Origin: Chiloscyllium plagiosum
Lineage: Eukaryota
Length of the DNA stretch: 20,000 nt
Direction: 5' to 3'
NCBI RefSeq assembly: GCF_004010195.1
Contig: NC_057719.1
Location: forward strand, 1,992,994-2,012,993
Shown here: piece after piece, positions 8,280 to 18,897 of the stretch
Numbering within the stretch: position 1 is the first letter of the stretch
Layout: every line of letters starts with the position of its first letter
The notes under the pieces: model-generated
What the model was told of the DNA's origin: nothing
Databases searched by the model: none
The model's input: the letters and a program-made list of their open reading frames with translations, nothing else
Program-made: the position numbers and the translations under genes

Positions 8280-10112
8280 GTGTGGCCTGTCTGTGTGACT
8301 GACTGACTGAACTCTCGATAGTGCGCACCTGTCTCTGTGTGACTAACTGACCCCTCGATAGAGCGGCCCTGTCTCTGTGTGACTAACTGACTGACCCCTC
8401 GATAGTGTGGCCCTGTCTCTGTGTGACTAACTGACCCCTCGATAGTGCGGCCCTGTCTCTGTGTGACTGACTGACTGACCCCTCAATAGTGCGGCCCTGT
8501 CTCTGTGTGACTGACTGACTGACCCCTCGATAGTGCGGCCCTGTCTCTGTGTGACTGACTGACTGACCCCTCGATAGTTCGGCTCTGTCACTATGTGGCT
8601 GACTGACCCCTCAATAGTGCTGCCCTGTCTCTGTGTGACTGACTGATCCCACGATAGTGCGGCTCTGTCTCTATGTGGCTGACTGACCCCTCAATAGTAC
8701 TGCCCTGTCTCTGTGTGACTGACTGACTGACCCCTTGATAGTGCAGCCCTGTCTCTGTGTAACTGACTGACGCCTCGATAGTGCGGCTCTGTCTCTATGT
8801 GGCTGACTGACCTCTCAATAGTGCGGCCCTGTCTCTGTGTGACTGACTGACTGACCCCTCGATAGTGCGGCCCTGTCTTTGTGTGACTAACTGACCCCTT
8901 GATAATGTGAACCTGTCTCTGTGTGACTGACAGACTGACACATCGATAGTGCGGCCCTGTCTCTGTGTGAGTGACCCCTCGACAATGTGGCCCTGTCTCT
9001 GTGCGACTGACTGACTGACCCCTCGATAGTGTGACCCTGTCCCTGTGTGACTGACTGACTGACCCCTCGATAGTGCGGCCCTGCCTCTGTGTGACTGACT
9101 GACTGACCCCTCGATAGTGCGGCCCTGTCTCTGTGTGACTGACTGACTGACCCCTCGATAGTGCGGCCCTGTCTCTGTGTGACTGACTGACTGACCCCTC
9201 GATAGTGCGGCCCTGTCTCTGTGTGACTGACTGACTGACCCCTCGATAGTGCGGCCCTGTCTCTGTGTGACTGACTGACTGACCCCTCGATAGTGCGGCC
9301 CTGTCTCTGTGTGACTGACTGATGACTGACTGACCTCTCGATAGTGCGGCCCTGTCTCTGTGTGACTGACTGACTGACTAACCTCTCGATAGTGCGGCCC
9401 TGTCTCTGTGTGACTGACTGACTGACTAACCTCTCGATAGTGCGGCCCTGTCTCTGTGTGACTGACTGACTGACTAACCTCTCGATAGTGCGGCCCTGTC
9501 TCTGTGTGACTGACTGACTGACTAACCTCTCGATAGTGCGGCCCTGTCTCTGTGTGACTGACTGACTGACTAACCTCTCGATAGTGCGGCCCTGTCTCTG
9601 TGTGACTGACTGACTGACTAACCTCTCGATAGTGCGGCCCTGTCTCTGTGTGACTGACTGACTGACTAACCTCTCGATAGTGCGGCCCTGTCTCTGTGTG
9701 ACTGACTGACCCCTCGATAGTGCGGTCCTCTCTCTGTGTGACTGACTGACTGACTAACCTCTCGATAGTGCGGCCCTGTCTCTGTGTGACTGACTGACCC
9801 CTCGATAGTGCGGTCCTCTCTCTGTGTGACTGACTGACTGACTAACCTCTCGATAGTGCGGCCCTGTCTCTGTGTGACTGACTGACCCCTCGATAGTGCC
9901 TGTCTCTGTGTGACTGACTGACTGACCCCTCGATAGTGCGGCCCTGTCTCTGTGTGACTGACTGACTGACCCCTCGATAGTGCAGCCCTGTCTCTGTGTG
10001 ACTGACTGACCCCTCGATAGTGCGGCCGTGTCTCTGTGTGACTGACTGACCCCTCGATAGTGCGGCCGTGTCTCTGTGTGACTAACTGACTGACCCCTCG
10101 ATAGTTTGGCCT
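8280..10112. repeat. Compound minisatellite, about 40 units of 36-51 bp: CCCTGTCTCTGTGT(GACT)nGACCCCTCGATAGTGCGG
   Basis: Directly visible head-to-tail tandem array; unit length varies mainly by GACT copy number. Confidence 0.97.
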
Positions 10113-10696
10113 GATCAGTGGGTAAATGACTCCAGGACAGTGTAGTTTTGACACTAGCTGACTGACAGGATTATTAATGCTGGCTGTGGACACTTTGCTG
10201 TCAATGTAGATGCTATCACAGACATCGTAAACAGGCCCTGCTAGTGTTCCTCAACTAGTATTGTAAATTGATTTGTGTGTTATTATCTCGCTCTGCTGTT
10301 GAAAGGACAATTATTTATAAAAATTATTATCAGACACAGGATAATTCACGGAGTAATACAAGCCCAGTGTCATAGCAGTGAAGTTGGGACTGAGAAACAG
10401 GGTCTGCTGTGATGGGCGAGTCTGTCCCTTTGATCCACTGCAGCTGCCCCCAGTTAGTGATTGCATCCAGTTTCTGCTGGACTGAGCAGTGAATGAAGCC
10501 AAATCTCTGACATACAACTTTACTCTAGAAAGGAAAATAGTGTTGAGAGATTTGGAGCGGGTGACTTCACCAAGTGTTCACAGGGCCAGGAAGATGTCTT
10601 TCACCTGGAATCAGACAGTACAGAAAAGGCCCTTTGGCCCATTGAGTCAGTACTGCTGCAGTCCATGTCTGTTTTGTCCTGGTCAGAATTTACCCC

Positions 10697-10912
10697 TCAG
10701 AGTCAAGAGAGTGGTGCTGGAAGGACACAGCAGGTCAGGCTGCATCCAAGGAGCAGGGGAATTGACGTTTCAGGCAGAAGTCCTTCATCAGGAGGGCTTA
10801 GGCCTGAAACATCGATTCTCCTGCGCCTTGGATGCTGCCTGACCTGCTGTGTCCTTCCAGCACCACTCTCTTGACTCTGATTTCCAGCATCTGCAATCCT
10901 CACTTTCTCCTA
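10697..10912. mobile_element. Second fold-back PLE pseudo-LTR element with a decayed hammerhead
   Basis: About 80-bp inverted arms (10697-10776 / 10802-10880). Minus strand 10764-10791 reads CUGAUGA aggacuucugccu GAAACGUC. Homologous to the insert at 12898-12992. Confidence 0.8.
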
Positions 10913-10954
10913 GTGTTTAACCTGAACCAACATCACTTTAAGTTAATCAAATTA

Positions 10955-11025
10955 GTTCTGAAGAGCAAACTGTTAACTGTTTCTTTCTCTCCATAGATGT
11001 TGCCAGGCCTGCTAAGTTTCTCCAG
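10955..11025 (+). mobile_element. Highly decayed PLE pseudo-LTR remnant
   Basis: ctgaagag...aaactgttaac...agatgttgccaggcctgctaagtttctccag resembles the pLTR arm at 10805-10860; stem II is deleted. Confidence 0.45.
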
Positions 11026-11078
11026 GTGTGTGTGTCTGTGTGTGTGTGTGTGTGTGTGTGTCTATGTGTGTGTGTGTC
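11025..11078. repeat. (TG)n microsatellite
   Basis: Imperfect TG run. Confidence 0.95.
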
Positions 11079-11094
11079 ACTTTCTTATATATCT

Positions 11095-11238
11095 ATCATA
11101 ACCTTGCTTTGTGGGGACTCATAATGTGAATTTGGTTTCTTTGTCCCAACAATGACTAGACTTCATCACTCATTGGATGCAAACTGCTTTGGGACATCTT
11201 GGGATCACAAAAGGTGCTATATAAATGCAAGCTCTTCA
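11095..11238 (+). mobile_element. DeuSINE-like 3' tail remnant
   Basis: gctttgggacatcttgggatcacaaaaggtgctatataaatgcaag matches the recalled DeuSINE/L2-type 3' end; similar to 2100-2220. Confidence 0.6.
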
Positions 11239-12107
11239 CTTTCTAATAGCTTAGACTCTCCTTGAACATTGCTGGGGCCTGACCCAGTTTTCTGCCCAGG
11301 GTCAAACAGCTCCACTGAGGTGGAACAAGGGACGAATTGGTCACCTTGCAACCATCGGTAAATGGCAGCCCGTGTCCCAGAGTGGGGGCAGATCCATGGA
11401 GGATGGGGCTGCCTCGCTAACACCTATTGGATCCTCTCAGAATAGGATCATATTCGACCATGAGCCACCTCTGGGCGATTAGCTTGCTGGCATCCATGCT
11501 CTTCACTTGTTTCTCAAGCGTGAACATGAATTAACCCAACTATTCAGGCAATAATGTAGAGTTGGGGAGGGGTTTATGTGAGGGCGTCCAGAGAGGCGCT
11601 CTGATCCCTGCAGGGTTACCAGGAAATCTCGTCTGGCAGCAGGTGAAGGGAAGTTCCGAGGCAGCAGAAAGGGTTAACTGACAGCAGGAACGGGAGAAAG
11701 CTGTAAGTGAGAGCTTTCATGTTTCAGACATGTACAGCCCTGTTCCCTTACCAGATGTTGCCTTTAATTAAACTTGCAAGAGGTAGAGGAGATTAAAGAC
11801 ACAGTCCAGTTCCCAACCTTCAGTGCTGTTTGGTATCGACTACCACAAGCTACAGCCTTTCTGGCAGCTGGCCATCACAACACATCTTGTAAAACACAGC
11901 CCACTTCATCCTCGAGTAACATTATGTTGAACTACCTTGCATCACCAGTTCCATTTACAGTGGGCCAGGGTGGACTGTCTGAGCTAACTGAATGGTAATA
12001 ATGGCTGTCTCTCATTTGTTTCTCTGTGTCTTGCCTCAGGGGCTGGCACACAATTGTCCGCCTACACTCCCAAACCAAATGTCCATTTAAACGTCCAGAC
12101 AGAAAGA

Positions 12108-13240
12108 TTTATTTTATTTGTTCGTGAGACAGGGGCATCACTGGCTGGGCCCAGCATTTATTGCCCATCCCTAGTTGCCCCTTGAGAAGGTGGGGGTGAG
12201 CTGCCTTCTTGAACCGCTGCAGTCCATGTGCTGTGGGTTGACCCACAATGCCCTTAGGGAGGGAATTCCAGGATTTTGACCCAGTGACAGTGAAGGAACG
12301 GCGATATATTTCCAGGTCAGGATGGTGAGGGTCACGGAGGGGAACTTGCAGGGGCTGGTGTTCCCATGTATCTGCTGCCCTTGTCCTTCTGGATGGAAGT
12401 GACCGTGAGTTTGGAAGGTGCTGCCTGAGGGTCTCTGGTGAGTTTCTGCAGTGCATCTTGTAGATGGTACACACTGCTGCTACTGAGCGTCGGTGGGGGA
12501 GGGAGTGGGTGTTTGTGGATGTGGGGCCAATCAAGCGGCTGCTTTGTCCTGGATGGTGTCAAGCTTCTTGAGTGTTGTTGGAGCTGCCCCCATCCAGGGC
12601 AAGTGGGGAGTATTCCATCACACTCCTGACTTGTGCCATGTAGACGATGGACAGGCTTTGGGGAGTCAGGAGGTGAGTACTTACTGCAGTATTCCTAACC
12701 TCTGACCTGCTTTAGTAGCCAATGTATTTGCGGAGTGAGTCCAGTTAAGTTTCTGGTCAATGGTAGCTCCTAGGATATTAATAGAAGGAATGCAGGGAAG
12801 GTAGCACTACTGAATATCAAGGGTTGGTGGTCAGCTTTCTCTCTTATTGGTGATGGTCATAGCCTGGCATTTGTGTGGTGTGAATGTTACTTGCCACTGA
12901 AAATGTGTTGCTGGAAAAGCGCAGCAGGCCAGGCAGCATCCAAGGAGCAGGAGAATCGATGTTTCGGGCATGAGCCATTCTTCAGGAATGAGCTTACCAC
13001 ATGTCAGTCCAAGCTTGGATATTGTCCAAATCTTGTTGCATTTGAACATGGACTGCTTCAGTATCTGAGGAGTTGCAAATGGTGCTGAACATTGGGCAAT
13101 CAGCAGTGAACATCCCCACTTCTGACCTGATGACGGAGGGAAGGTCATTGATGAAGCAGCTGAAGATGGCTGGGCCTAGGACACTCCCCTGAGGAACTCC
13201 TGCAGAGATGTCCTGGAGCTGTGATCACTGACCTCCAAAT
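12108..13240 (-). mobile_element. 5'-truncated CR1-group (L2/Crack-like) LINE: RT C-terminal half and 3' UTR
   Basis: Minus strand encodes GVPQGSVLGPAIFSCFINDLP...MFTADC (degenerate FADD), FTPHKCQAMTI, HSLPHRRSVAAVCTIYKMH and WNSLP; A-rich tail at 12108-12120. Confidence 0.85.
12898..12992 (-). mobile_element. Solo PLE pseudo-LTR fragment with a decayed hammerhead, inserted in the LINE
   Basis: Minus strand reads AUUC CUGAAGA auggcucaugccc GAAACAUC GAUU; flanked by cttgccac (12890-12897) and cttaccac (12993-13000), a candidate TSD. Confidence 0.78.
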
Positions 13241-13299
13241 GTCCTGTCTTTCCTCTCCCATTCCCCATTGATTATCTGAATGTCCCGAAGAGAGTGTCA

Positions 13300-13545
13300 G
13301 ACTTTGCTCAGTTTGTGGGATGCTCACCTCAAAGTCCTGAGCTTGGTGCAAGTAGCAATGCAGAAACCCACGCACAGAGAGCTCCTGTGCAGTGCTGTGT
13401 GAGTGCTGCACTGTCTGAGGTGCTGCCATTTTGGTGAGATTGCAATGTGTGGCCCTGCTTGCTGTCAGAGGTGGATGTCAGAGTTACATAGCTGCTGGTT
13501 GACTGGCCAATATGTATCCCTGAATCAGCATCATTAAACCCAGAC
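13300..13545 (+). mobile_element. DeuSINE head and Deu-domain remnant
   Basis: gcagtgctgtgtgagtgctgcactgtctgaggtgctgcc...aggtggatgt...ctggccaatatgtatccct matches the recalled Deu core. Confidence 0.65.
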
Positions 13546-14146
13546 AGTCATACAGTCATAGAGACGTACAGCATGGAAACAAACCTTTCGGTCCAACCCG
13601 TCCATGCCGACCAGATATCCCAACCCAATCTAGTCCCACCTGCAAGCACCCGGCCCATATCCCTCCAAACCCTTCCTATTCATATACCCATCCAGATGCC
13701 TTTTAAATGTTGCAATTGTACCAGCCTCCACCACTTCCTCTGGCAGCTCATTCCATACACGTACCACCCTCTGCATGAAAAAGTTACCCCTTAGGTCTCT
13801 TTTATATCTTTCCCCTCTCACCCTAAACCTATGCCCTCTAGTTCTGGACTCCCAGACCCCAGAGAAAAGGCCTTGTCTATTTATCCTATCCATGCCCCTC
13901 ATAATTTTGTAAACCTCTACAAGGTAGCCCCACAGCCTCCGATGCTCCAGGGAAAACAGCCCCAGCCTGTTCAGCCTCTCTCTGTAGCTCAAATCCTCCA
14001 ACCCTGGCAATATCCTTGTAAATCTTTTCTGAACCCTTTCAAGTTTCACAACATCTTTCCGATAGGAAGGAGAGCAGAATTGCACGCAATATTCCGAAAG
14101 TGGTTGAATCAATTTCTGTACAGCCACAACATGATCTCCCAACGTT
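13546..14146 (-). mobile_element. CR1 LINE 3' fragment
   Basis: ORF 13630-14163: EYCVQFCSP, LERVQKRFTR, LFSLEHRRL, VWNELP; short tandem-repeat tail at 13546-13562. Confidence 0.92.
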
Positions 14147-15381
14147 ACAAAGTTAAAAATCACACAACACCAGGTTATAGTCCAACAGGTTTAATTGGAA
14201 GCACTAGCTTTCGGAGCGACGCTCCTTCATCAGGTGGTAGTGGAGGGCTCAATCCTAACACAGAATTTATAGCAAANNNNNNNNNNNNNNNNNNNNNNNN
14301 NNNNNNNNNNNNNNNNNNNNNNNNNNNNNNNNNNNNNNNNNNNNNNNNNNNNNNNNNNNNNNNNNNNNNNNNNNNNNNNNNNNNNNNNNNNNNNNNNNNN
14401 NNNNNNNNNNNNNNNNNNNNNNNNNNNNNNNNNNNNNNNNNNNNNNNNNNNNNNNNNNNNNNNNNNNNNNNNNNNNNNNNNNNNNNNNNNNNNNNNNNNN
14501 NNNNNNNNNNNNNNNNNNNNNNNNNNNNNNNNNNNNNNNNNNNNNNNNNNNNNNNNNNNNNNNNNNNNNNNNNNNNNNNNNNNNNNNNNNNNNNNNNNNN
14601 NNNNNNNNNNNNNNNNNNNNNNNNNNNNNNNNNNNNNNNNNNNNNNNNNNNNNNNNNNNNNNNNNNNNNNNNNNNNNNNNNNNNNNNNNNNNNNNNNNNN
14701 NNNTAGTGCAATGGTGATCACCTGTAATGTGACATGAACCCAAGGTCCCGGTTGAGGCCCTCCCTATGGGTACGGAACTTAGCTATCAGCCTCTGCTCGG
14801 TCACTTTCCTCGGCTGTCTGTCCCGAAGTCCACCTTGGAGGATGGTCACCCGAAGGTCCGAGGTTGAACGTCCTGGACCACTGAAGTGTTCTCTAACTGG
14901 GAGTGAACACTCCTGTCTATTGATTGTTGTGCGGTGCCCATTCATCCGTTGTCGTAGCCTTTGCTCGGTTTCCCCTATGTACCATGCCTTCGGGCATCCT
15001 TGCCTGCAACATATCTGATAGACAACGTTGGCTGAGTCACATGAGTACCCGCCATGTACAAGGTGGAAGGTGTCCCCACATGTAATGGTGGTGTCAATGT
15101 CCACACTCTGACACGTCTTGCAGCGTCCACCGTGACAGGGTTGTATGGAATTGTCCTGAGAGCCGGGCAGCTTGCTACGAGCAATGATCTGTTTGGGGTT
15201 TGGCGGTTGTTTAAAGGCAAGTAGTGGAGGTGTGGGGAAGGTCTTGGTGAGGTGCTCATCCTCATTGATAATGTGTTGCAGGTCACGAAGAACGTATAAG
15301 ACAGACAACGTTGGCTGAGTCACATGAGTACCTGCCACGTACAAGGTGGGAGGTGTCCCCACACGTAATGGTGGTGTCAAT
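14147..15381 (-). mobile_element. Penelope-like element 3' part (Neptune-type Cys-rich linker plus GIY-YIG) with pseudo-LTR, spanning a gap
   Basis: ORF 14718-15380: PCHGGRCKTC, CDSANVVYQICC...WYIGETEQRLRQRMNGHR, HF, GLN. The HHR-bearing terminus at 14147-14240 is in the same orientation; linkage across the gap is assumed. Confidence 0.85.
14202..14236 (-). ncRNA. Minimal type I hammerhead ribozyme, intact core
   Basis: Reverse complement reads CAC CUGAUGA A GGAGC-guc-GCUCC GAA AGCU A^GUG, with perfect stem I (CAC/GUG) and stem II. Confidence 0.8.
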
Positions 15382-15431
15382 CATAGAATCCTGACAGTGT
15401 GGAAACAGGCCCTTCAGCCCAACAAGTCCAC
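15382..15431 (-). mobile_element. Short SINE/CR1 3' tail fragment
   Basis: Reverse complement matches the SINE tail at 4799-4835 (gtggacttgttgggc.gaagg...tgtttcca). Confidence 0.6.
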
Positions 15432-15640
15432 TGATATACACTGTCAAAGTGGGCATGGGTGAGTTGCTGGTGGTTTATCCTCTTGAAGCCCTGCCCCTTC
15501 TGAGGTCAATCCTCCCTGGATTGGTGAGGAGGGATTGGGGTAGGAATTCTGGAGTCAGGATTGCACATTCACTGCACATTACAGTGGGAAGATGCTGGAG
15601 AGATGCTGGGTTAGTGGGAATGGCACTGACTCTGGACAAA

Positions 15641-16375
15641 TAGAACATAGAACATTACAGCGCAGTACAGGCCCTTCGGCCCTCGATGTTGCGCCGACCT
15701 GTCATACCAATCTGAAGCCCATCTAACCTACACTATTCCATGTTCGTCCATATGTTTGTCCAATGACGACTTAAATGTACTTAAAGTTGGTGAATCTACT
15801 ACCGTCGCAGGCAAAGCACTCCATACCCTTACTACTCTGTGAGTAAAGAAACTACCTCTGACATCTGTCCTATATCTATCACTCCTCAATTTAAAGCTAT
15901 GCCCCCTCGTGCTCGCCGTCACCATACTTGGAAAAAAGCTCTCCCTGTCCACCCTATCTAACCCTCTGATTATCTTATATGTCTCTATTAAGTCACCTCT
16001 CAACCTTCTTCTCTCTAACGAAAACAACCTCAAGTCCCTCAGCCTTTCCTCNNNNNNNNNNNNNNNNNNNNNNNNNNNNNNNNNNNNNNNNNNNNNNNNN
16101 NNNNNNNNNNNNNNNNNNNNNNNNNNNNNNNNNNNNNNNNNNNNNNNNNNNNNNNNNNNNNNNNNNNNNNNNNNNNNNNNNNNNNNNNNTGAATCATCTC
16201 ACACTTGTCCGCATTAAACTCCATTTGCCACCTCTCAGCCCAGCTCTGCAGCTTATCTATGTCTCTCTGTAACCTACTACATCCTTCGTCACTATCCACA
16301 ACTCCACCGACCTTAGTGTCATCTGCAAATTTACTAACCCACCCTTCTACGCCCTCAGCCAGGTCATTTATAAAA
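15641..16375 (-). mobile_element. 5'-truncated CR1 LINE, spanning a gap
   Basis: KFADDTKVGG near 16305-16332, RLQRDIDKL, FNADKC, LFSLERRRLRGDLIETYKI; (AGAACAT)n tail at 15642-15655. Confidence 0.93.
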
Positions 16376-16441
16376 TGGGTAACTAGTGATGGCCATTAAA
16401 TGCTTGCTCACCTGCGATACATCCCATGAACAAATCAAAAA
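16376..16441 (+). mobile_element. Decayed 3' end of the L2/Crack-like LINE or of its partner SINE
   Basis: Resembles the reverse complement of 12110-12180. Confidence 0.5.
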
Positions 16442-16557
16442 ATTACAGACCATGCAGAGACACTGGGTTTGAGCAAAATGCCTCCCTCCCTTACCACCAA
16501 ACCCGACAGGAGGTCAGTTATCATTGTCTAAACGATCAGCTAGTTCAACAGTATACC

Positions 16558-16790
16558 ATGTCTGTGTGTCTGTGTGCGTGTCTCTCTGTGTGTTACTCTG
16601 TTTGTGTCTGTGTGTCTCACTCTGTGTGTGTCTATGTCTCACTCTGAGTGTGCATGCCTGTATCTCACTGAGTGTGTGTCTGTGTATCGCACTCTGAGTG
16701 TCCGTGTCTGTGTGTGTATAAGTGTGTCCACCTGTGTTTGTATGTGAGAGTGAGAGTGAATGTGTGTGTGTCTCTGTATGTGTGTGTCTC
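16558..16790. repeat. Degenerate (TG)-rich simple repeat
   Basis: Visible TG/TGTC runs. Confidence 0.9.
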
Positions 16791-18121
16791 GAGATGATCC
16801 TAGTTTGGGGGATTGGGTATTTGCTCACTGAGTCCTGCAGTTTGAATCTGGGCAAGTTCACGGCTCTCTTCCTGCAAAACTCTCCCAGTTCTGTGCCTAT
16901 AATAAATCACCATTTCATTTCAGATAACCTGTTCTGACAGGGTGGAAATTAATTAGGATTGTAAAGAATGGTTCTGTTGCATTCTTTGGAAGTTTAAAAA
17001 AATTGGGCAAATGTTTTCTTTTTAACTCCCCTGGTGCAGAGAGGAAGCAGATGTTCTGCACTTTGTTCACTGGGGAGGGAGGGATAGGATAGGGAGCAGG
17101 AGGGAGGGCAAAGCGAGGGAGGGGGCTGAGAGTGGGAGGGAGGGCAGGTGAAGGGAGGATGGAGAGAGCGGACTTTCTTTGTTTCCTCCAAAAGCTGGGA
17201 GGTTCTGCAGCCAGGCTTTGGACAGCACGCGTTACAGGTCAAAGCAACTGCAGAGAGTCTCACACCCAACTCAGCTTTGTCAGCCCAAGCACAACTCTAT
17301 CCCCACATCTCTCTCTGTCCCTTAAATCCGTCTCTTTGACCAAGATTATTGTCATTTGCCTGAATATTTCCTTCAATCTAGTTTGCATTTGTGATGTTGC
17401 TGTGAACTGTGGACTATTTTATTGTGTTGAGGTTGAATTGTAATTACAGGATGTCATTAATGTGGAAAGCTGGAGGGTGTGCTCAGGCTGAAGTCCCCCT
17501 GTCCCACACGTAGGCCCAGCGTTCGTGGGTGCATTTGGCTTTGAACCCCGGCATCTCTGTCCAGGTGGAAATGTTGGTTATCAGCCATGCATCTGATACC
17601 CACCTCCTCCCCCTGCTCTGCCACCTACCCCTGTCCCACACAGTCTTTGTCTGTAACGTTGTTACTTCAGCAGACAGGCTCAGGACTGGACTGGTTCCCT
17701 GTAAAGTGGAGTGCCAGGGCCCCCTCCTTCTCTGGGCTCCTCCTGAGGGGATTGTGGTAGCGTTAGCGGAAATCTGGAATTGCTTGGAGCAGGTGAAGTG
17801 ACTGCGGCGTCTCTGGATTGAAATAATCCAGTTGGCTCGGTGATGCCCTTCACTGAGGGTGACCCTCGGCTTGACTTTCCTGTCACTGCAGCACAATGTC
17901 TCCCTGTCAGAGCAGGGTGGGGAATTAATGGGGCTTGAATTCTATTGCCCCTGTCCAAAACTTTATCAGTCCCTCAGACACAGCTGGTTCTACCAGGACA
18001 TTTATCTCTGGTTCCTTCTTAGTTTTAAATCACCCAGGCAGCACTGTTTCCCTCACTGTGGAAACTCAGACTGAGCACATCCTTTCCAAGTAACAACATT
18101 GTCCCTTTTAAAGATGATTCA

Positions 18122-18212
18122 ACTCACTGAGTGGACCATGAGGGGGCAGTGCACTCACTAGTGGACCATGAGGGGGCAGTGCACTCACTGAGTGGACCAT
18201 GAGGGGGCAGTG
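18122..18212 (+). repeat. Three 30-31 bp tandem repeats, each carrying a CTCF-like motif
   Basis: Unit ACTCACT(G)AGTGGACCATGAGGGGGCAGTGC; CCATGAGGGGGCAG resembles the CTCF core CCAxxAG(G/A)(G/T)GGC. The repeat is certain, binding is inferred. Confidence 0.85.
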
Positions 18213-18494
18213 TGATCCCAGTTGGTTTGATGTGAACTGTGTTAATGTGTCAGGGCCTAGTATGTGGTAAATACTGATCATTACATAACTATTGTTGTAA
18301 GAAATCACTGTGACAAAGCAGAAGTACATTTTGCCCTTTTTCCTGAGTGGCTTTGAGATCCGAAATGACTTTGCAGTTTGTTCTTCCAGTAAGTATTCAC
18401 AATGGCCAGAGGGATTTGCAACAGGGGATAAAAGGAAGATATCCCAATATCATTGCTGAAAACTGTGTCCTTTGATCACCCTGGCGGGAGTCCC

Positions 18495-18560
18495 ACATCA
18501 GCTACAATCTCAGTGGGACGAAGCAGCAGGCTGAAGGACCTGAATGGCCTGGCTTTTCCG
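18495..18560 (+). mobile_element. Decayed CR1 3' terminal fragment
   Basis: atcagctacaatctc...gcaggctgaaggacctgaatggcct resembles the reverse complement of the other CR1 ends in the window. Confidence 0.4.
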
Positions 18561-18704
18561 TTGGTCTGAGTGGCTAGTGCCTGCTAGCTCACTCAGCAAA
18601 TCATCCAGACGCTGTTGTTAAACCAAGTACCAGAGTGTGGAGGTGATGGTGAATTTGTCCAAGACCTCAGCTGAAGGACTGTTTACAATCGTGGGGGCCA
18701 CGTC

Positions 18705-18897
18705 ATTGGAGAGATGTGAATGTGTTGGAGAGAGTGCAGAAGCGATTTACAAGAATGGCTGCAGGAATGAGAAATGTAAGCGATGAGGATGGATGGGAGG
18801 ATTTGGGACTACTCCCCTTGGGGCGAAAGCAGCTGTGGAAGGTTTGATAGAGGATTTCAAAACCACACACGGGTTGGACAGGGTCGCTTGGGAGAAG
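18705..18897 (+). mobile_element. Old CR1 ORF2 C-terminal fragment
   Basis: Encodes RDVNVLERVQKRFTRM...LGLLPL, the same motif as 13630-14163. Confidence 0.75.

Noticed and set aside
8280..10112. CRISPR-like array, or coding ORF 9666-10193
   Set aside because: Units are contiguous with no unique spacers, the context is vertebrate, and the ORF is just the translated repeat.
10340..10520. Ig-domain-like remnant on the minus strand (W...DTG/LYYS)
   Set aside because: Needs a frameshift and lacks the conserved cysteine; too weak.
11555..11725. Decayed Myb/SANT (Harbinger-like) coding fragment (LCEGVQ...VWQQV)
   Set aside because: Only a vague resemblance with stops; needs a profile search.
17483..17958. 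Overlapping ORFs of 90-137 aa in unique sequence
   Set aside because: No recognisable domain or convincing exon structure.
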